Assembly (NCBI RefSeq): GCF_000025685.1
Contig: NC_013967.1
Coordinates: 1,770,001-1,802,000 of the forward strand
Source of the DNA: Haloferax volcanii DS2
Lineage (GTDB): Archaea; Halobacteriota; Halobacteria; Halobacteriales; Haloferacaceae
Direction: 5' to 3'
DNA: 32,000 nucleotides
Positions 26,182 through 32,000 of this stretch are shown here, piece after piece. The notes beneath the pieces were generated by a model. That model was not told the DNA's origin. It made no database searches and saw nothing but the letters and a program-made list of their open reading frames with translations. The position numbers and the translations under genes were made by a program. The first letter of the stretch is position 1; each line of letters begins with the position of its first letter.

Positions 26182-27279
26182 ATGAGTCGACGAACCGCTG
26201 TGCTCGCCGTCGCTGCCGCCGTGTTGCTGGCGACGGTGGGCGCACCGCTCGCTCTCGCCGCCTCGGCCGGACCGACGGGAACGGCGGCCGCGGCCACCGA
26301 TGGTTCGGTCGCCGCGCCCGTCGCACAGACGACCGCGAACGACAGCGCGACCACCGACACGGCGGGCAACGACAGCGCCGCGTCGTCGGAGACGCTTCCC
26401 GGGCAGCGCCTGTCCGCCGTCATCGGCGTACAGGGCTCGGAGACCAACGGCGAACTCGAACGCCGCAGCTTCGACGCGCGCTTCGCGAACGCGAACTCGA
26501 ACGCCTCGAAGGCCGCGGTCGTGGCCACGCAGGTCGAGACGGTCCGCGAGCGCCTCACCGAACTCGAACAGCGCAGGGACCGCCTCGAAGCCCAGCGCGA
26601 AAACGGGACGCTCTCCGAGGGCCAGTACCGCGCGCGGCTGACCCGGACGGTCGCCGACATCGAGCGCACTCGGAGCATGCTGAACCAGACGACTGACGCC
26701 GCCTCGACGGTCCCCGCCCAAGAGCTCTCGGCCCGCGGCGTCGAGACGGCCGAACTCGACCGACTCCGCACGAACGCGAGCGAACTCACCGGCCCCGAAG
26801 TGGCCGAAATCGCCCGCGGAATCGCGGGGAACCCCGGCAAGGGCATCGGCCGCGAGCGCGCCGCAAACGAGACGGAAACCGACGCCGGCGGACGACCCGA
26901 CGACCCGGGGCGGAGTGACGCCCCGGGAAACTCGCATTCTGAGGCGAGCGACCGCGCCGCGGACGCCCGCGCCGACACCGGGAACGCGACCAACGGAACC
27001 GAGACCGATGGACACGCAACTAACGGAACCGTGACCGATGTGGCCGGCGGCGAATCCGACGGGGCCGCCGACGGCGCGGACCGCGGCAACGCCCCGGAGA
27101 CGCCGCCCGGGAACGACAAGCGGGCGAAGGACGCCGACGGGAGCGATGTCGCGGTACCCCCCGCCGACGAGCGGTCCGACGACGATACGACCGCGACCGA
27201 CGACGATACGACCGCGACCGACGACGATACGACGGACGACGAATCGGAAACGTCGTCCACGGACGACTCGGGCGCTTGA
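26182..27279 (+). CDS. Tat-secreted coiled-coil protein with many N-glycosylation sequons and an acidic low-complexity C-terminus (365 aa)
   Basis: ATG at 26182 (MSRRTAVLAVAAAVLLATVGAPLALA), which has a twin-arginine-like SRRTAVL. The central heptad-like region is VETVRERLTELEQRRDRLEAQRENG. There are about 10 N-x-S/T sequons. The tail is DDDTTATDDDTTATDDDTTDDESETSS. Confidence 0.7.
   Translation: MSRRTAVLAVAAAVLLATVGAPLALAASAGPTGTAAAATDGSVAAPVAQTTANDSATTDTAGNDSAASSETLPGQRLSAVIGVQGSETNGELERRSFDARFANANSNASKAAVVATQVETVRERLTELEQRRDRLEAQRENGTLSEGQYRARLTRTVADIERTRSMLNQTTDAASTVPAQELSARGVETAELDRLRTNASELTGPEVAEIARGIAGNPGKGIGRERAANETETDAGGRPDDPGRSDAPGNSHSEASDRAADARADTGNATNGTETDGHATNGTVTDVAGGESDGAADGADRGNAPETPPGNDKRAKDADGSDVAVPPADERSDDDTTATDDDTTATDDDTTDDESETSSTDDSGA
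27178..27240 (+). repeat. 21-bp tandem repeat (GACGACGATACGACCGCGACC), about 2.7 copies, in-frame inside the secreted-protein gene
   Basis: The copies at 27178-27198 and 27199-27219 are identical. The third (27220-27240) matches over its first 14 nt. The repeat encodes DDDTTAT x2 plus DDDTTDD. Confidence 0.9.
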
Positions 27280-27312
27280 GGGCGCGGACGGCGACCCCGC
27301 CTCCCGATACTG

Positions 27313-27320
27313 TTTAATAT
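27313..27320 (+). promoter_or_regulatory. TATA box (TTTAATAT) for aSUI1
   Basis: This is close to the consensus haloarchaeal TATA element and lies 26-33 nt upstream of the ATG at 27346. Confidence 0.6.
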
Positions 27321-27333
27321 CCCCATCTTGTAG

Positions 27334-27639
<306 letters not shown>

Positions 27640-27668
27640 CCGACCTCTGAGTTAGCCCGCCGTCGAGA

Positions 27669-27674
27669 TTTTTT
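27669..27674 (+). terminator. T6 tract downstream of aSUI1
   Basis: TTTTTT lies 30 nt after the stop codon (27637-27639) in a GC-rich context. This is an archaeal oligo-T terminator signal. Confidence 0.5.
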
Positions 27675-27761
27675 CGAAGTAAGTCAGCGCGCGCGAGCCG
27701 TTAGTCCGCCAATTCCCCGACCGTTCGCGTCTCCAGTCGCGTCACCGCCCAGCGACGCCGT

Positions 27762-28127
27762 TCAGTTCTTCTCGTCGCCGTCTTCTTCGTCGCCCTCCGC
27801 ACCCTCGTCGAGGCCCTCTTCGAGCGGGCCGTCCCACGCCGCGAGCCCGCCGGCCATGCTCTGGATGCGGGCGTCTTCGGTCCCCTCGTAGGCCGACAGC
27901 AGGCGGACGGCCTGCACGCTCGCCTCGCCCCGCGGACAGACGGTGACGATGCGTTCTGCGCCCGCGACGCGGTCGAGATGCGAAACGAGGTTCGAAAGCG
28001 GGACGTTGATGCTCCCCGGCACGTGCCCGAGCGCGAACTCCGCCTCCGTGCTCACGTCCACGACGAGCGGCGGGTCCTCGCCGTCGAGGAGTTCTTCGAC
28101 TGCTGCGGGGGAGACCTCGTCGACCAT
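27762..28127 (-). CDS. Single-domain rhodanese-like sulfurtransferase with acidic tail (121 aa)
   Basis: LVVDVSTEAEFALGHVPGSINVP ... the active-site loop VCPRGEASVQ ... GGLAAW. The ATG directly abuts the upstream gene's stop (TAAATG). Confidence 0.8.
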   Translation of the reverse strand: MVDEVSPAAVEELLDGEDPPLVVDVSTEAEFALGHVPGSINVPLSNLVSHLDRVAGAERIVTVCPRGEASVQAVRLLSAYEGTEDARIQSMAGGLAAWDGPLEEGLDEGAEGDEEDGDEKN

Positions 28128-28691
28128 TTACAGCAGGCCCTCGTCGCGGGCGAAGAGCACGCCCTCGACGGTCGCGTCGTTCGTCGGCGGTTCGGTCGCC
28201 CACTCGATGGCTTCCTCGACCGGCACGGCGCGGACCGAGAGGAACTCGTTGTCGTCGAGGTCGCGCTCGACCGGCGTGAGGCCCTCGGCGAAGACGAAGC
28301 CGCGGCGGTGTCGGAGGACGCCCGTCGAACACCACACGTCGCCGATGACCGACGCCGAGTCGGCGGCGAAGCCCGCCTCCTCGCGGAGTTCGCGCACCCC
28401 GGCGTCGGTGAACGACTCGCCCTTCTCGACGACGCCCGCGGGCAGTTCGAGCTGCGTCTGGCGGATGTTCGGCCGGTACTGCTCGACGAAGACGACGTGG
28501 TCGTCCGCGACCGCGACGACGACGACCGCGGTCGCCAGTTCGGCCCAGAAGTAGCGCTTCGTGGTTCCGTTGGGCTGTTCGACGAGGTCGTAACCGCCGG
28601 TGAACCAGCCGGTGTCGTACTCGGTTTCGGACTCCAGTACGCGCCACTCCGGGTCGGGCAGGCGCTCGTGTCGGCGGCCGTCGTCGGTCAT
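28128..28691 (-). CDS. NUDIX hydrolase (ADP-ribose pyrophosphatase-like), 187 aa
   Basis: ATG at 28691 (MTDDGRRHERLPDPEWRVLESE). The Nudix box is canonical: GVVEKGESFTDAGVRELREEAGF (Gx5Ex7REUxEExGU). The upstream Arg-rich part of the track ORF was rejected. Confidence 0.85.
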   Translation of the reverse strand: MTDDGRRHERLPDPEWRVLESETEYDTGWFTGGYDLVEQPNGTTKRYFWAELATAVVVVAVADDHVVFVEQYRPNIRQTQLELPAGVVEKGESFTDAGVRELREEAGFAADSASVIGDVWCSTGVLRHRRGFVFAEGLTPVERDLDDNEFLSVRAVPVEEAIEWATEPPTNDATVEGVLFARDEGLL

Positions 28692-29209
28692 CGGTCCGCT
28701 CCGGTCGCGTCGCCGTCGGTCCCTGCGGCGTCGGTCGCGGTGTCGTCGTCGGCTCCGGCCGACGCGTCGTCGTCGCCCTCGGCTTCCTCTCCGAGCAGCG
28801 CGTCGCGGTAGACGCGGCCGAAGGCGTTGCGCCGGAGGGTGCTGACGGCGGCGTCCTCCTCGTTTTGGAACGTCGTCGCCAGCACCGTCTCCGCGAAGGG
28901 GACCGCGTGCCACGCGACGCGCTCTACGTCGGGGTTGCCGAGTTCGACCACCACGTACTCCTCGTGGGTCGAACGCCAGTCGTCGAACTCGGCGCGTGTG
29001 CCGACCGTGACCGAAAGCGACTCCGCGAACAGCGCGTTCCGGACGGTCTCGATTACGTCGCCGGTGACGCGTTCGCTGTACTCCTCGCGGTCGAACTCCA
29101 TCGCCTTGGCCGTCTCGCGGACGACCACCTGTGCGGTCGGTCCGACGCGGTCGAAGGCGGCCTCGGCCTCGTCGAGCGACGCCGGTGCAATCGTCCCGTG
29201 GGTTTCCAT
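28688..29209 (-). CDS. Haloarchaeal conserved protein (DUF5809-like) with acidic tail, 173 aa
   Basis: METHGTIAPASLDEAEAAFDRVGPTAQVVVRETAKAMEFDREEY... has a well-behaved acidic protein composition. Its stop overlaps the NUDIX ATG (ATGA). The family name is recalled, not searched. Confidence 0.6.
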   Translation of the reverse strand: METHGTIAPASLDEAEAAFDRVGPTAQVVVRETAKAMEFDREEYSERVTGDVIETVRNALFAESLSVTVGTRAEFDDWRSTHEEYVVVELGNPDVERVAWHAVPFAETVLATTFQNEEDAAVSTLRRNAFGRVYRDALLGEEAEGDDDASAGADDDTATDAAGTDGDATGADR

Positions 29210-29233
29210 CGCCAGTCGGTTCGGGGTCCGGAC

Positions 29234-29752
29234 TTACGACTCTTTCCTGTCCGCGCCGTCGGTCTCCTCGCCGCGGTCATCGGCATCGGTGGCGTCGCGG
29301 GCGTCGTCGCCGTCCCGCGGCGCGTCCTCACGCTCGCCGTTCTCGCCGTCCTCGCCGTCGTCCGCGACCATCTCGCGAGTGAGCGACTGCGCCTCCTCGA
29401 AGATGCGCGCGGCGTCACCCGACAGCGACTCCGACCCGCCGGCCCCGCCGAACGGTTGCGGCTGTCGGTCGGGGATGTCGTGGTCGTGTTCCTGTCCGTG
29501 CGGGTGAGCATGGCCGGGGCCGCCCGTGCGGTCGACCGTGTCTTCGAACACCTCGTCGAACTCGCGTTCCTCCGCGAGGTCGGCCACGAGCGGGCCGAGC
29601 GAGTCGGCGTTCAGGTCGGCCCACTCGGGGGCGTGTTCGTCCAGCCACGTCTCGTGGTCGTCGCCGTGGACGATGGCCTGTAACGCGAGGTGGTTCGCGA
29701 GGTGCGTCTCGTCGCGTTGCGGCGCGTCGCAGACCGGACAGGCGTATCCCAT
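29234..29752 (-). CDS. Zinc-finger protein (DUF5810-like), N-terminal C-x2-C ... H-x3-H motif, His-rich middle, acidic tail, 172 aa
   Basis: ATG at 29752 (MGYACPVCDAPQRDETHLANHLALQAIVHGDDHETWL). It has a C2H2-like arrangement, then GHAHPHGQEHDHD. A T-rich block (GTTTTGGTA) lies about 27-31 nt upstream. Confidence 0.6.
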   Translation of the reverse strand: MGYACPVCDAPQRDETHLANHLALQAIVHGDDHETWLDEHAPEWADLNADSLGPLVADLAEEREFDEVFEDTVDRTGGPGHAHPHGQEHDHDIPDRQPQPFGGAGGSESLSGDAARIFEEAQSLTREMVADDGEDGENGEREDAPRDGDDARDATDADDRGEETDGADRKES

Positions 29753-29901
29753 GCCCGCCGGTAGCGGCTCTGTGTACCAAAACCCGTCGCACTCTCGCGT
29801 CGTTCCGTGCCGCGTCGCGTTGCGGCGCACCGTGTCGCGGCGCGTCGCAGCGCGTCAGCGTCGTGCGTCGGTCTCGAAAGAAATGGAGCCGCCTCGGCCG
29901 C

Positions 29902-29990
29902 GTGGTGATGGTGGTGGTGGGTGCGGGCGGCGGTCGGCAGTCGCGGCACCCCCGTGGAGTGCCGCGTCGTGTGGTGGTTGTGGTGGTGGG
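29902..29990. repeat. Two imperfect (GTG/GGT)n tracts flanking a 7-bp-stem hairpin, non-coding
   Basis: The first tract is GTGGTGATGGTGGTGGTGGGTG (29902-29923) and the second is GTGTGGTGGTTGTGGTGGTGGG (29969-29990). The hairpin is GCGGCAC-N9-GTGCCGC (29943-29965). Confidence 0.7.
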
Positions 29991-30018
29991 ATTACCGATT
30001 CGTTCGTGTGTCGATGCG

Positions 30019-30366
30019 TCAGGCGGGCGTGACGATGACCGTGCCGTCGGCCCAGACGGTCACGTCGCAGGCAGCGTACCGGAACCCGATTCGACCGCGA
30101 GCGGGCGCTATCGACCCGCGAGTGCCGCCGTCGGTCGCCGCCACCCGCGCCAGCGGGGCGAACAGTTGACAGAGCGCGTCGGGGTCGATAGCCTCGGACA
30201 GCGGTGGGAGGTCGATGGCGTCCACGCCGTGCAGTTGAGCGGTCGCGGTGACGACCGTCACCGCCAGAGTGTCTCGTCCGCTCCAGTCGTGTCGGGCGAT
30301 GACCTCGTCGGTCGACCCCGTATTCCATCCCACATCGTTGCCCGGTAACACGCGAGTTTCGTCCAT
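30019..30366 (-). CDS. HalOD1 (halobacterial output domain 1) protein, 115 aa
   Basis: ATG at 30366 (MDETRVLPGNDVGW...). TLAVTVVTATAQLHGVDAIDLPPLSEAIDPDALCQLF ... IGFRYAACDVTVWADGTVIV is the HalOD1 pattern. Confidence 0.7.
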   Translation of the reverse strand: MDETRVLPGNDVGWNTGSTDEVIARHDWSGRDTLAVTVVTATAQLHGVDAIDLPPLSEAIDPDALCQLFAPLARVAATDGGTRGSIAPARGRIGFRYAACDVTVWADGTVIVTPA

Positions 30367-30462
30367 GGTTCGGTTCGCGCCGGCGCCTCGCCGACATCCG
30401 CACCGATGACGCTCGTGGGTATATCGGTCGCTGCTATCCAACTAGTGGTCGCGCGCGCCACC

Positions 30463-30476
30463 TCTAGGTACCTAGA
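30463..30476. promoter_or_regulatory. Perfect 14-bp palindrome TCTAGGTACCTAGA containing two CTAG sites
   Basis: This was read directly. A third CTAG (ACTAGT) lies at 30442-30445 and a (CG)n run at 30451-30458. A small hairpin, AACTGA-AAA-TCAGTT, lies at 30482-30496, which is 30 nt downstream of the Bat-like stop on the minus strand. Confidence 0.45.
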
Positions 30477-30525
30477 ACCGTAACTGAAAATCAGTTGGTA
30501 TCGCTGGTCTACACGTGGTACGTCG

Positions 30526-32000
30526 TCACTCGAAGACGCGTTCGACCAGTTTTCGCTCGGCCGCGCGCAGGTGGTACTGGTAGGTCGGCGCGCTGATGTC
30601 GAACGTCTCGGCGAGCGTCTCGGCGGTGCTGCGGCGCGGCCACTCGTAGAACCCGGCGAGGTGGGCCGCCCGAATCGACTCGTGCTGGCGGCTCGTCCAC
30701 GCCGCGCGCATCTCGGCGGCGAACGTCTGCGGCGACTCGGCCCCGTCGGCGGCGGTCCGCCGCGACAGCAGACTCGTCCCGGGGTAGTTCGAGTCGAGCG
30801 CGTTGACGAACGACCGGACTCGGACGCGCGTCGGAACCTCGGCGGTGAGCGTGGTCTGCGTCGGCGTCGCGTCGAGCGCGCGGAGCGTCGCCTCCGAGGC
30901 GTACAGCGTCTCGAACAGCGATTCGCGCGGGAGTCGGAGTTCGAACAGCGACCCCGAGTCGTCGGTCGAGACGTGGCGCACGCGCGTTGCGATATCTCCC
31001 CCGGCGGCGACGACGTCCTCGGGCTCCGCGTCGCTGGCGACGAACGCGATGACCGAGCCGTCGGACTGCGGGATGACGCCGCTGAGACTCACCGCGCGGC
31101 CGACCCGCCGGGCGAGCCGCGATATCGACAGCCGGTCGCCGCCGAGCCGTACCTGTACGCTCGTCCGGCGCTCGGTCAACATGGCGTCGGCGCGCCCCGT
31201 GGCCGCGAGCGCGTAGCCGACCGCCTCCCCCAGTTCGGTGAGCAGGCCGTCGTCGTCGAAGGCGCTCGCCCCGGTCGCGTGGACGACGAACAGCGCCTCC
31301 ACTTGGCCGTCAGCGACCGCGGGGATGACCGCGATGGCTCGGAACCCGTAGCTGAGGGCGTCGCCGCGGTGGTCGGCCCACGCGGGGTCGTCGAGCACGT
31401 CCGAGACCACCTGCTACTCTCGGCTCTCCACGGCGGCTTCGAGCAGCGAACACAGCGGGTCCGCGGTCGCCACCTCACCGAGCCGGTCGGCGTAGGCGGT
31501 GTCCGCGCCGTGGACCGCGTCGCTCGGCGGGCGGTACGCCTCGTCGATGTCGCTGACCTCGGCGTGCCAGACGACCGTGATACCGTCGGTGTCGACGAGG
31601 TGTTCGGCAACTTCCGACAGCGCCGCGCCCCGGGTCGGCGCGCGGATGAGCGACTGGTTGATGTTCCGGATGGTCTCGTTGATTTGGTCGAGCCGGGTGA
31701 GCGCCTCGTTTTGGGCTTCGAGCCGGCGGTCGCGCTCGCGGAGCTCCGCCTCGGCGTCGATGCGTTCGAGCAGCTCCTCGACGGTCGCGGAAAGCAGGTT
31801 CACGAACTCCACGTCGACCTCGTTCGGCGCGACGGTGCCGGGATGGCCGGTGACGAGCACGCCGTGGCGACCGAGCGGCGCGGCGATGACGCGCTCGACG
31901 CCGTCGACGACGCCCCCGTCGGGCGCGAGTTCGACCACGCGGACCTCGCCGGAGACGAACGCGTCCCAGATGCCGCCGCGGTCGAGGCCGCCGTCGAGCG
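30526..32000 (-). pseudogene. Bat-type transcription regulator (GAF - coiled-coil - GAF - BAT/HTH_10) interrupted by an in-frame TAG at 31414-31416; the 5' end lies outside the window
   Basis: Track ORFs 31414..31938 and 30526..31410 are in the same frame. Across the junction the sequence reads ...LLEAAVESRE*QVVSDVLDDPAWADHRGDALSYGFRAIAVIPAV..., so a single GAF domain spans the stop. The C-terminus is YEWPRRSTAETLAETFDISAPTYQYHLRAAERKLV, which is HTH_10. The frame stays open upstream to base 32000. The domain call is firm, but pseudogene status is uncertain. Confidence 0.55.

Noticed and set aside
29611-29949. A minus-strand ORF encodes a His6 run (…ARTHHHHHHAAEAAP…).
   Set aside because: The His run is the translation of the non-coding (GTG)n microsatellite. 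The rest of the ORF overlaps the DUF5810-like gene out of frame and is Arg/Thr/Pro-rich.

Overview
The window is a very GC-rich, gene-dense chromosomal segment whose proteins have the acidic (D/E-rich) composition of a halophilic archaeon (class Halobacteria). The D-2-hydroxyacid dehydrogenase and the haloarchaea-specific DUF families suggest a Haloferax-like organism; this rests on memory of those families, not a search. I call about 31 protein-coding genes and no rRNA, tRNA, CRISPR array or recognisable IS or transposase. Most of the content is housekeeping:
- Translation and ribosome biogenesis: serS, Tsr3, a Nog1-like GTPase, EngB and aSUI1.
- DNA repair: a bacterial-type mutS-mutL pair with an ATGA stop/start overlap.
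- Cofactor chemistry: cofE, a mer-like F420 oxidoreductase and a 5-formyl-THF cyclo-ligase family protein.
- Regulators: two HTH_10/Bat-type proteins, one DUF7344 protein and one membrane-tethered wHTH protein.
Many genes have a TATA-like box 23-33 nt upstream of the start codon, which fits the leaderless transcripts typical of haloarchaea.
The least explained parts are:
1. A translationally coupled MoxR-DUF58-transglutaminase operon, followed on the same strand by a membrane-anchored wHTH protein, a 20-bp palindrome and a Tat-secreted coiled-coil acidic protein.
2. A tightly packed DUF5810-DUF5809-NUDIX-rhodanese operon.
3. A NUDIX::eIF-2B-family (ribose-1,5-bisphosphate-isomerase-like) fusion.
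4. A Bat-type GAF-GAF-HTH_10 regulator interrupted by an in-frame TAG.
5. A decayed DUF3179 lipoprotein gene.
6. Several unusual non-coding elements: an 11-nt x3 tandem repeat running into the mer start codon, a cluster of otherwise rare CTAG sites with a 14-bp perfect palindrome, and (GTG)n tracts flanking a hairpin.
I see no clear-cut novel system such as a defence island. The many long Arg/Pro/Gly-rich ORFs in the track are off-frame or antisense artefacts of high GC content.
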